Of a stretch of DNA of 64,000 nt, positions 8,731-17,178 are shown piece by piece. The notes beneath the pieces are model-generated. The model was not told the DNA's origin and searched no databases. It saw nothing but the letters and a program-made list of their open reading frames with translations. Location: the NCBI GenBank assembly GCA_045806985.1, contig JBJMIH010000166.1, forward strand, positions 7,567 through 71,566, given 5' to 3'. The number at the start of each line of letters is the position of its first letter. Position 1 is the first letter of the stretch. The stretch comes from Mycobacteriales bacterium (lineage in GTDB: Bacteria; Actinomycetota; Actinomycetes; Mycobacteriales; JBJMIH01). A program made the position numbers and the translations under genes.

Positions 8731-9336
8731 TCAGGTGGTGGCGTACTGCGGGCGTCCGGTGGGCCGGTAGACCTGGATCGTTATGCCCTTCGGGCAGGCT
8801 CGCGAGGCGAGCAGGTCCAGCGCGAAGTCCGGGCCGGTTTCGGGGAATAGCCGCCCGCCTTGGCCGACGACTACGGGGACGATGAGCAGGTTCATCTCGT
8901 CGACGAGGTCGTTGTCGAGCAGCCACCGGATCAGGGTGCCGCTGCCGTGCACCTGCAGCTCACCGCCCGGTTTGGCCTTCAGCTCGCCGATCGCGGCCGC
9001 GAGGTCACCGGCGAGGACGGTCGTGTCCGCCCAGCGCGGTTCGGTGAGGGTGGTCGACGCCACGTACTTGGGCTTGGTGTTCAGGGCGTCGGCGATGGGG
9101 CCGCTGCCGGGACCCATCGCGCCCCAGTAGGGGGCGAACATGTTGTAGGTCCGCCGGCCGAACAGGAACGCGTCCGCGCGCTGGTAGGTCTGGTCGACGA
9201 ACGTCATGGCCTCGTCGTCGAAAAGCGGCCGGGCCCATCCGCCGCGCTCCATTCCAGGGTCGAGGATCGGATGCCGCCCGCCGTTTGCCTGCATCACTCC
9301 GTCGACGGAGACCTGCGTGGTGGTCGTCAGTTTCAT
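8731..9336 (-). CDS. dihydrofolate reductase family protein (RibD C-terminal domain)
   Basis: ATG 9336 preceded by GAAGGGA. MKLTTTTQVSVDGV...FLFGRRTYNMF...LQVHGSGTLIRWLLDNDLVDEMNLLIVPVVVGQG. Divergent tandem paralog of 7908..8501. Confidence 0.75.
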   Translation of the reverse strand: MKLTTTTQVSVDGVMQANGGRHPILDPGMERGGWARPLFDDEAMTFVDQTYQRADAFLFGRRTYNMFAPYWGAMGPGSGPIADALNTKPKYVASTTLTEPRWADTTVLAGDLAAAIGELKAKPGGELQVHGSGTLIRWLLDNDLVDEMNLLIVPVVVGQGGRLFPETGPDFALDLLASRACPKGITIQVYRPTGRPQYATT

Positions 9337-9383
9337 GATCGTGATTCCCTTCTCGTTGGTTGCTTGTCCTTCGTAGACATCGG

Positions 9384-10160
9384 TCATCGCGTCCGCTGCG
9401 CGAGGTAGCAGCGGAAGACGAGACCCATGCGCACGGTTCCGTCGGTCCGTGCTCGCGGTCCGAAGAAGGACCGCAGCGCCGCCTCGACGACCGCGCGGCC
9501 GGAGTGCCGGACCGCCGCGGCGACCGGGCCGGCCGGCAGCTGGGCGGCGACCGCGTCGTCCTCGCTTTCGAAGGCGACATCGAACGCGATGTCGGCCACG
9601 GCCACGGATGCCAACCCGGCATCGAGCAGCGCGCCGCGCGCCGCGTCCGCGTCGGTGAGGTCGAAGGTGCGGCGGTCGGGCACCTCGTCGTGGGCGGCGA
9701 GTGGATTGATCAGCGCTGCGCTCTCGGCCTGCTCGGGACCGGCGCCCACCGTCACGACGGCCCTGCCTGAGGGGGCGGTCACGCGCGCGATCTCGGCGAG
9801 CGCGTGGCGCGGGTCGGCGGCGTAGAGAACCGAGTTGAACGCGGTGACGACGTCGAAGGCGCCGTCACCGTACGGCATGTGCTCGATGTCGTTGACGACG
9901 TAGCGGGCCGCCGGGCGCCGGCGACGTGCGTACTCGACGAGTCCCGGGGCCGCGTCCAGCCCGATGACGTCCGCGCCGTCCTGAGCGGCCAGCTCGGCGA
10001 ACAGGCCCGCTCCGCAGCCGGCGTCGAGAAGTCGCATGCCGGGGCGAAGGTCGAGGCGTTCGAGCACACGCTCGTACAGCGGCTGGATGCGGCCCTCCGC
10101 GAGCTCCGCCCAGCCGCGTGGATCGCTGCTCCAGAGCTCGCCCTGGACGGTCGCGTTCAC
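9384..10160 (-). CDS. class I SAM-dependent methyltransferase
   Basis: GTG 10160 with GGGAG 7 nt upstream. Motif I LLDAGCGAGLF, then FDVVTAFNSVLY. The 342-aa track ORF is trimmed to the RBS-supported start. Confidence 0.75.
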   Translation of the reverse strand: MNATVQGELWSSDPRGWAELAEGRIQPLYERVLERLDLRPGMRLLDAGCGAGLFAELAAQDGADVIGLDAAPGLVEYARRRRPAARYVVNDIEHMPYGDGAFDVVTAFNSVLYAADPRHALAEIARVTAPSGRAVVTVGAGPEQAESAALINPLAAHDEVPDRRTFDLTDADAARGALLDAGLASVAVADIAFDVAFESEDDAVAAQLPAGPVAAAVRHSGRAVVEAALRSFFGPRARTDGTVRMGLVFRCYLAQRTR

Positions 10161-10324
10161 CGGCAGCTCCCACACACCGGGCGGTCGAGTGCCGGCAACT
10201 CCGCCGAGCGGGAGGTCATGAAGAGGAACATGGCCGAACCGTACGGTCGGACCGGCCGTGCGCTCTTGAACAAACCGGGCGTCCTTCCCGCGGCGGACCA
10301 GCCGGGGCCCGACATACTGGGTCG

Positions 10325-11203
10325 GTGACCGGTGACCCGTTCTCCGCCCCCGCGGGCGGGCAGGGCTATGTCGAGCGCCCGCCCGTCCCGGCGTTGCGCG
10401 AGCTCGTCTCATCGGTTTGGGTTCAGCAGGTCGCTCGCGACGCCGCGCCGTACCTCCACCGGCGCATCCCCAACGGTGCCGTCGAGCTCGTCTGCCAGGT
10501 CGGCTCGGCGCCGCAGGTGATCGGCCCGCTCACCGAGCCGCTGGTCGAAGAACTCCAGCCGGGCACCACGATCGTCGGCGTGCGCTTCGTGCCGGGCGCC
10601 TTCCCGGTGATCGCGGGGCAACCCGCGTCGGAGGTGGTCGGACTCGCGCTCGACGCCGAACAGCTGTGGGGCCGCTCCGCCGCCGCCCTTGGCGAGGCGG
10701 TCGGCACGGCGGCCTCGCCCCAGGAAGCGCTGGCTGCCGTGCAGCTCCACGTGCATGACCTCGCCGGTGCCGCCGAGCCCCCGGACCCGCTCGTGTCCAA
10801 GGTGGTTCGCGGTCTCATGCCGTGGCGCACAGTCGACGTGACATCGCTGCGCGCGTCTCTGCACATCTCCGAGACGCAGCTGCGGCGCCGCTGCCACACG
10901 GCCGTCGGGCTCGCCCCGAAGGCGCTGCACCGGATGCTGCGCTTCCAGGGTTTCCTCGCGCTCGTCCAGCAGGCGATCGCCCAGGGCCACGCGGCGACGG
11001 ACGACGGCCTCGCGCCGCTCGCTCTTCGCGTCGGCTACGCCGACCAGTCTCACCTCACGCGCGAGTGCGTCCGGCTCACCGGCGTCTCGCCGCGGGTGTT
11101 CATCACCGAGACACAACGGGCCTGCGCCTGCGGGCACGAGCACTCGGCGTCATTCGCGCCCGTGCTGCTGGTCGAGACCGATACACATCCCACACGGGCA
11201 TAA
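10325..11203 (+). CDS. AraC-family transcriptional regulator
   Basis: C-terminal dual HTH (LHISETQLRRRCHTAVGLAPKALHRMLRF ... VGYADQSHLTRECVRLTGVSP). Divergent from the methyltransferase. Start GTG 10325 was chosen to leave an intergenic promoter region. Confidence 0.7.
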   Translation: MTGDPFSAPAGGQGYVERPPVPALRELVSSVWVQQVARDAAPYLHRRIPNGAVELVCQVGSAPQVIGPLTEPLVEELQPGTTIVGVRFVPGAFPVIAGQPASEVVGLALDAEQLWGRSAAALGEAVGTAASPQEALAAVQLHVHDLAGAAEPPDPLVSKVVRGLMPWRTVDVTSLRASLHISETQLRRRCHTAVGLAPKALHRMLRFQGFLALVQQAIAQGHAATDDGLAPLALRVGYADQSHLTRECVRLTGVSPRVFITETQRACACGHEHSASFAPVLLVETDTHPTRA

Positions 11204-11388
11204 CACAACTCACGCCCGACCCATCGCCGACCTCCCTGCCGCCGCGCCGTCGTCTCCACTATGGTCCGGCGCTGCCGGCGGGGACGAGGAGACGGCGGCG
11301 GCTTTGGTGGCGCGGTAGCCTGCCGAGGTTCCGTGCGGGGTGGCCTGGCCAGATCAAGCCGGGACCGGCGGTGAGCGCGGAGGGGACG

Positions 11389-11820
11389 GTGGTGCCGGTG
11401 GTACGCGTCGAGGTGCGCAGCAAGGTACCGGGTGCGGCCGGCGACGGGCTGCCGGCCGTCCTCGTCGAACTGGTCAGTGAACGCACGACCGTGGCCGAGC
11501 TCATCCGCCGGACCGTGGAGGAGCAGATCCGGCTACTCGCATGGGACCGGGCGCGGTGCCGGGCGGCGCTCGACCGGCAGTACCTCTCCCCGGACGACAT
11601 CCGAGCACAGGCCGGGACCGGGGTGGTTCGGATGCCGGCGCCGCGACGGGACGCGCTGGACCCCGCTGAGGAGGTGGCCCGGGCGTGCCGGGCGTTCGAG
11701 GGGAAGGCCTTCGCGGTCTTCCTCGGCGGGCGCCAGGCCGAGCGGCTGGAGGAGGAGGTCGTCGTGCGGCTCGGTGAGCCGGTGGTGTTCCTCCGGCTCG
11801 TCCCGCTGGTTGGCGGGTGA
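11389..11820 (+). CDS. small beta-grasp (ThiS/MoaD/ubiquitin-like) protein ending in Gly-Gly
   Basis: GGAGGGG precedes GTG 11389 (alternative starts 11371 and 11392). VVRVEV strand, then TVAELIRRTVEEQ helix, then C-terminal FAVFLGGRQAERLEEEVVVRLGEPVVFLRLVPLVGG-stop. The stop is 3 nt before the ATG of the next gene. Confidence 0.45.
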   Translation: MVPVVRVEVRSKVPGAAGDGLPAVLVELVSERTTVAELIRRTVEEQIRLLAWDRARCRAALDRQYLSPDDIRAQAGTGVVRMPAPRRDALDPAEEVARACRAFEGKAFAVFLGGRQAERLEEEVVVRLGEPVVFLRLVPLVGG

Positions 11821-11823
11821 CGG

Positions 11824-14334
11824 ATGTACGGCGGCGTGCCGGCGGCCTACATCGACGCGGTCACCGAACATCGGGAAGCCCTGCTGGGCCTGGTCGAGCG
11901 CGCCAAAGCCGTCCTGGCGGCCGGTGACCTACCGGCGCTGTGGGTGCTGGCCGGTGAGATCGAGCGGCGGCTGGCCGGCGGCAACGACGTGACCGGTGGG
12001 CACCTGCGGGGTGAGGCCACGGCCGACGTGGTCGAGGAGCTGGATGAGGTGTACGACTCGGCGTTCCCGGTGCGGAACCCCGACGACGCGGCCGGAGTCC
12101 TGGACACGCCGTGGCCCACCGAACGGCGGCGGTCGCTGCTGGCCGGCCTCATCGAGCACCCCGGCGCGCGGATGCCGTCGCGCGTGCCGCTGGTCGCGCG
12201 GGCCGTCGCCGCGGGCGACGTGCGCCTGCTGCGGCTGCTCGTGCGCAGCCCGGTCGGCCAGCGGCTGGACCGCGACACCATCGTGCGGGTCCTCGATGCG
12301 CTGTACTCGCTGGGCGCGCTCGATACGGAGCTGGTCGAGCACGCGCTGCTGACCGACAGCTACCTCGGGTACGCCGTCGCGGGTCGCTCCCCGATCGACG
12401 GCGCGGTGACCGGCCAGCCGGCAGCCTGCCTCGGCGCCGTCCGCGACGGTGTCGACGCGCTGATCTGGCAGTTGACCGGCGCGGCGGAGCCGGTGAACCG
12501 GGGAGCGCTGCCGCTGGGGTTGGCGCCGCGCGGGTTGCGCTTCGTGCGGCGGGCGCTGGAGTGGCCGGCGGACCGCGAGGGCACGGCGGTCCTGGGTGCG
12601 GCCGACCTGACCGCGACCGAGCGGGCGGAGCTGGCCGGGTACCTGCGGGATCGGCCGGAGGAGGAGCGGCTGCGGGCGTTCCGGTTGCGGCTGCCGGCCG
12701 GCGACGCGTGGGCGTTGCTGCCGGTGCTCGGGCTTGCCGGCGCGGAACCGCTCTTCGCGCTGGTGCGGGCGGCGTCCACACCGCATCCTGTCCGCCAGGA
12801 CCTGGCGGCGATCCTGGCCGCGGCCGAGCGGGCCGGCGTGGACCGCGCCCGGCGACTGCTGGAGCTGTGCCCCAGCGAGCTGGTCGAGGCGGCGCTGGGC
12901 CGGAACCGGCCGGCGGTCGAGCGGAGGGTCAAGCGCAACGCGCTGGGGGGCATCGCCGCCTACGGCCTGCTGCCGCTGGCCGACGGCGAGTCCGTGCTCG
13001 ACCGTTACCTGGTGCTGCGCGAGGTCGCCACCCGGGGATCCAAGCTCGGCCCCAATCGCCGGCACAGCCACGCCGCCGCGGTGGCCGTCGCTCTCGACCA
13101 CCTGGCGCAGGTCGGCGGGTACCCGGACGCGAGCCGGCTGGAGCTGGCGTGCGAGGCGCGCGTCGCCGCCGACGCGCCCGGTGAGTCGCGAATCGGTGAC
13201 TACCTGGTCGCGGTGCGGATGGCCGGCGCGGACGCGGTGATCACCGTCAGCAGGGCCGGCAGGCCGCTCAAGTCCGTTCCCGCCGCCGTGCGGGCCGATC
13301 CGCGCTACGCCGAGCTGCGCAGGCACCAGGAGCGGCTGCGCGACCAGGCGCGCCGGCTGCGGTCCAGCCTGATCGAGCGGCTGGTGACGGATGCCGGCAC
13401 GCTGGAGCCGGACGAGCTGGCCGAACTGCGCGACGTGCCCTCCGTCGCGGCCATGCTCTCGGCGCTGATCTGGTCCGACTGGCGGGACACCATCGGCCTG
13501 CTCGACGAGGTGGAACTCGACGGTCCGGTCACCGCGGTGCATCCGTACCAGCTCTACCGGCGCGGGCTGCTCGGCCACTGGCAGGCCGAGGTCGTCCGCC
13601 GCCGCCTCCAGCAGCCGGTCAAGCAGGCGTTCCGGGAGCTGTACCTGCTCACACCGGCCGAGCGCGAGGCCGGTGACCGGTCGCGGCGCTTCGCCGGCCA
13701 CACGGTCAACGGCAAGGTGGCGGGTCAACTACTGTCCGGGCGCGGCTGGTCCACCCACGGCGAGTACGACGAGTACCAGGCGACCCGCCCGGTCGGCGGC
13801 GGCTTCACCGCTGCCCTCCAGTGCGGCGTGCACGGCTACTTCGGGCTGGGCGAGGTGGCGATCGGCGAGCTGCGGTTCCTGGCCGGCGGCATGGTGACTC
13901 CGCTGGCCGGCGTCCCGCCGGTGGCGTTCTCGGAGGTCATGCGCGACCTGGACCTGGTGGTGTCGGTCGCGGCCTCGGATCCGGCCGGCCACACCTCGCC
14001 GCCGCACACTCAGAGCCGCGCCGAGCTGCTGAGCGCGCTGGCCGACGACCTCGGCCTGAGCCGGGTCCACGTCGACGGCGGCTTCGCGGTGGTGCGCGGC
14101 ACGCGGGCGACCTACCGGGTACACCTCGGCAGCGGCAGCATCCACCTCGAACCGGGCGGCCACCTGTGCCTGGTACCTGCCTCGTTCGGCGGTACCGCGC
14201 ACCAGGACCTGTTCCTGCCCTTCGCCGACGAGGACCGGATGACCAGCGTGATCCTCAGCAAGGTGCTGCTGCTCAACGAGGACGAGAAGATCACCGACCC
14301 CGGCATCCTGAGCCAGCTCGACGCACGGCATTGA
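11824..14334 (+). CDS. large DUF4132-type (MolR/YehI-like) protein
   Basis: 836-aa ATG ORF. Ala/Leu-rich helical N-terminal two thirds. The C-terminal QPVKQAFRELYLLTPAEREAGDRSRRFAGHTV...GWSTHGEYDEY...VMRDLDLVVSVA and SIHLEPGGHLCLVP..LFLPFADEDRMTSVILSKVLLL resemble DUF4132 plus its usual C-terminal extension (from memory). Confidence 0.65.
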   Translation: MYGGVPAAYIDAVTEHREALLGLVERAKAVLAAGDLPALWVLAGEIERRLAGGNDVTGGHLRGEATADVVEELDEVYDSAFPVRNPDDAAGVLDTPWPTERRRSLLAGLIEHPGARMPSRVPLVARAVAAGDVRLLRLLVRSPVGQRLDRDTIVRVLDALYSLGALDTELVEHALLTDSYLGYAVAGRSPIDGAVTGQPAACLGAVRDGVDALIWQLTGAAEPVNRGALPLGLAPRGLRFVRRALEWPADREGTAVLGAADLTATERAELAGYLRDRPEEERLRAFRLRLPAGDAWALLPVLGLAGAEPLFALVRAASTPHPVRQDLAAILAAAERAGVDRARRLLELCPSELVEAALGRNRPAVERRVKRNALGGIAAYGLLPLADGESVLDRYLVLREVATRGSKLGPNRRHSHAAAVAVALDHLAQVGGYPDASRLELACEARVAADAPGESRIGDYLVAVRMAGADAVITVSRAGRPLKSVPAAVRADPRYAELRRHQERLRDQARRLRSSLIERLVTDAGTLEPDELAELRDVPSVAAMLSALIWSDWRDTIGLLDEVELDGPVTAVHPYQLYRRGLLGHWQAEVVRRRLQQPVKQAFRELYLLTPAEREAGDRSRRFAGHTVNGKVAGQLLSGRGWSTHGEYDEYQATRPVGGGFTAALQCGVHGYFGLGEVAIGELRFLAGGMVTPLAGVPPVAFSEVMRDLDLVVSVAASDPAGHTSPPHTQSRAELLSALADDLGLSRVHVDGGFAVVRGTRATYRVHLGSGSIHLEPGGHLCLVPASFGGTAHQDLFLPFADEDRMTSVILSKVLLLNEDEKITDPGILSQLDARH

Positions 14335-14346
14335 GCCTTGCCGCTG

Positions 14347-14790
14347 TCAGGCTCCGGGAGCGGGGAGCAGGTCGGCGCAGAACGGATGGATGACGGCGAC
14401 CCCGTGTCCCGGGATGTGGCCCGCGATGACCAGCGGCGACTCTCTCAGTCCGCACACGCAGCACGCCTTCCCCGCCGCCTGGGAGGTGCGGAGCGGCAGG
14501 GTGACGATGCCCTGGGGCGTGTGGATCTCATACCGTTCCAGCTCGGTCAGCGCGGTCGTCCCGAGACTGACCGAGTCGTCGACGGCCCCCAGCAGCTCGC
14601 GAGCCGCGAGCGGGACGCTGGCGGCGGCCTCCGCCGCCCCACGGCCGTCCAGGGTGCGCCAGAGCCAGCCTCCTGACGCTGCCCGACGGACCCTGCCGAT
14701 GGGTTCCTTCTGCCATCTCACCAGGTACGAGTCGGGATCGGCCTGCCGCTCCCACGACAGCCCCCCTGGCACCTGGGGGAGCGACGACAT
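14347..14790 (-). CDS. hypothetical protein
   Basis: 147-aa ORF that starts 12 nt after the stop of the DUF1877 gene on the same strand. No recognised domain. Confidence 0.45.
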   Translation of the reverse strand: MSSLPQVPGGLSWERQADPDSYLVRWQKEPIGRVRRAASGGWLWRTLDGRGAAEAAASVPLAARELLGAVDDSVSLGTTALTELERYEIHTPQGIVTLPLRTSQAAGKACCVCGLRESPLVIAGHIPGHGVAVIHPFCADLLPAPGA

Positions 14791-14801
14791 GGAAATCGCC
14801 G

Positions 14802-15242
14802 TCAGTAGATCACGATGGCCATGCCGTCGCCGTTACGGGCGGCGTCCAGATAGCACTGGCGGAAATCGCGGTAACGTCTCACCAAGCCGTTGACGTGGCC
14901 CGGTATCTCGGCGGCCCCGGTGTCGTCGCGGAGCACGAAGCGCAGCGCGAACTCCTCCTCCTCGATCCGCCCGAGCTCGGCCGCGACCTTCTTCACCAGG
15001 TCCGGTGCGATGTAGCGAAGCGGACCGAAGCCGACGTCGGGCCCGAATTCGACGCCGCCCTCGATGCCGAACGTGGCGGCCGTGGCGTTCCCGTCGTCGT
15101 TGGCGAGGGCGACATACATCTCCGGCATGGTCTCGCCCATGTTCACGACGCGATCCCGCCAACCCGGGGGTGCGTCGTCCGCGTCGAGGAGCTCCGCCTC
15201 CTCCGCGGGGCTGACCGGCCGGATGTACCACCCCATGCCCAC
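14802..15242 (-). CDS. DUF1877 (YfbM-like) family protein, candidate immunity protein
   Basis: 146 aa. It starts MGMGWY and ends GDGMAIVIY, paralleling E. coli YfbM (MGMIGYF ... NHALTVIVG, recalled). It starts 24 nt after the stop of the RHS-tip nuclease ORF. Confidence 0.6.
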   Translation of the reverse strand: MGMGWYIRPVSPAEEAELLDADDAPPGWRDRVVNMGETMPEMYVALANDDGNATAATFGIEGGVEFGPDVGFGPLRYIAPDLVKKVAAELGRIEEEEFALRFVLRDDTGAAEIPGHVNGLVRRYRDFRQCYLDAARNGDGMAIVIY

Positions 15243-15265
15243 GACAAGCCTCCCTCGAGACTGGC

Positions 15266-16361
15266 TCAGCCTACCGGGACAGGGAGGTCAGGAACGCCTG
15301 GGATGTCCGGCATATCGGGAATCTTCGGGTTCAGCGGATCCTGCCGAGGCGGCGGAGCCGTCAAGTGGTCCCAGACCGAACCCAGCACCTTGCCGATGCC
15401 CTTGACCACGGCGCCGCCCCAACCAAAGCCCTCGTCCGCCGAACCTCCCGGCCTCGGATGCGGAATGGGTTGGTAACGGTCCTCCGGATCGGGCCGGCGG
15501 ACGGTGTAGTAGATGATTCCGGCGCTGATCATGTTCAACTGCGCGGGCTCGCCGTTGGACCAGTCGAACGAGCTGAAAATCGTGACATCCATGTCGATCC
15601 ACGGGCAGTAGCGGGTTTGCCGGTGAATGTCGTCCGGCTTGCCGAGCAGGGCGTCATACCCGAGTCGGTCGAGCCCGTTGACGTACCCGAATGGCTGCTC
15701 GAGAGCGTCCTTGCTGAAGCCGGCGGGCGTGTAGGGCTTGACCTCGAAGATGTAGAGCGTGCCGCCCGCGTTGACCACGATGTCCGGATAGCCCTTGTCG
15801 TCGCTGCCCTCCGTGGGGTGGACGTAGACCCGTCCCCTGCCGACCGTGGGAAGGCGTTGCCCGTTCTTCATCGTGATCGGATAGCGGTAGCCCTGGACGT
15901 CACCGTAGACGTTGCCGACGCCGTAGATCTGCTCGAGCTGTTCGACCGACATCGTCACGGCGAAGTCGTGGGCCTCCGTGTCGCCCATCGGGCCTTCGGG
16001 GGCGTATGGAATCTTCCTCGGGGACTGGCCGGACGGATCGTCGAGGGTGGTCGGCTGGTCGCCGCCGTAGAGGTAGCTCGCGGCGTACGGCTGGGTGACG
16101 GGCACGGCGAGGGGGTCACGACCGGTGAACTCGCCGAGAAACCGGCTCGTAGTCGCGTGCACGGAGGTCGTACAGGCCGGTGTCCGGATCCTGGTACTGG
16201 CCGTCGAAGAGCTGGTTGTTCTCCGGTGCGTTGCCCGCCCGGGTGACGTCGAGCAGGGCACCGTACGGCTCGTAGGTGTAGCGGGCCAGCGCTCCGCCGG
16301 TGGGATCGAGCAGGTCACCGGTGTTGCCGGTGACGTCCTGCAGCGTGTAGTCGGCTACGAC
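15266..16361 (-). pseudogene. orphan RHS C-terminal core tip fused to a PD-(D/E)xK nuclease toxin domain; frameshifted at the junction
   Basis: ADYTLQDVTGNTGDLLDPTGGALARYTYEPYG...NQLFDGQYQDPDTGLYDLRARDYEP is the RHS repeat-associated core. The expected ..RFLGEFTGRDP continues in another frame, with the switch near 16136-16145. Downstream, YPDIVVNAGGTLYIFEVKP forms a PD...ExK motif. There is no RHS repeat body upstream; the fragment begins at the stop of the HEAT gene. Confidence 0.6.
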
Positions 16362-17164
16362 GCTCCGGCCGTGCGCTCCGTCCAGCGGCTGGTGAGTGTT
16401 TCGGCGTGGCCGCGTAGCAGGGGGTGGCGGTCGGTGGTGCGGTTCAGGGCGGTGGTGATCGCCGCTAGGTCGGCGTCCGCTGGTGTCACTGGTTGGCGGG
16501 TGACCAGGTCGTCCAGGGTGTTGAGGAGGCGGGTGGCCAGTTCCTCGCCGGCGGGGTCCAGTAGGGCCAGCAGTTCGGCGAGGTCGGCGGGGCGGGCGGT
16601 GGTCCGGTAGGCGGCGGCGGCCAGTTCGGCGCGGACCCATGGGGAGGGCTCGGCCTCGGCCCAGCGCCGGAGCGCGGCGTCCGCGGCGCCGAGCAGGCCC
16701 GCCGACGCGGCGGCGTAGGCACGGACGGCCTCGTCGTCGTCGGCGCTGGCGGCCAGTACCGGGTCGAGGTGTACCGGGTCGGCCAGGTCGCCGAGCGACT
16801 CGGCCGCCGAGACCCTGACCAGCGGGGACGGGTCGGCGGCCAGGGCGCGGGCCAGCGCGTCGCCGGCCGGCTGGTAGCCGAGGCGGCCCAGGGCGTCGGC
16901 GGCCTCGGACCTGACCAGTTCGTCGGTGGCGTCGAGGGCCGCCAGCAGGGCCGGCCCGGCCCGGTCGGCGTCGGCGCCGAAGGAGGCCAGTGCGTCCACG
17001 GCCAGTACGCGGACGCCGGCGTCGGTACCGCTGTCGGCGGCGAGCCGGACCAGGTCGGGTACTGCCGCCCGCGCGTGCGCCGCCGCCAGCGCGCCGACCG
17101 CGGCCAGCTGCCGGTCCGGCTCGCCCGAGCGGGCGGCCGCGAGCAGGTCATCGATGTCGTCCAT
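16355..17164 (-). CDS. HEAT-repeat protein, candidate immunity protein
   Basis: 269 aa with repeated AxxAL..LGD..AVP.L...L.D....VR motifs. ATG lies 14 nt after the stop of the upstream gene and is preceded by GGGGACGG. Confidence 0.7.
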   Translation of the reverse strand: MDDIDDLLAAARSGEPDRQLAAVGALAAAHARAAVPDLVRLAADSGTDAGVRVLAVDALASFGADADRAGPALLAALDATDELVRSEAADALGRLGYQPAGDALARALAADPSPLVRVSAAESLGDLADPVHLDPVLAASADDDEAVRAYAAASAGLLGAADAALRRWAEAEPSPWVRAELAAAAYRTTARPADLAELLALLDPAGEELATRLLNTLDDLVTRQPVTPADADLAAITTALNRTTDRHPLLRGHAETLTSRWTERTAGAS

Positions 17165-17178
17165 ACCGTCCCCGCGCC

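Noticed and set aside
11929-13728. Long antisense or alternative-frame ORFs. Examples are 11929..13728(-), 31217..33733(+), 34615..36450(-), 36578..39685(-), 23910..25727(-), 39909..41627(-) and 44396..46324(-).
   Set aside because: Their translations are dominated by Arg/Pro/Gly/Ala runs with no motifs. They fully overlap genes that have clear domain signatures.
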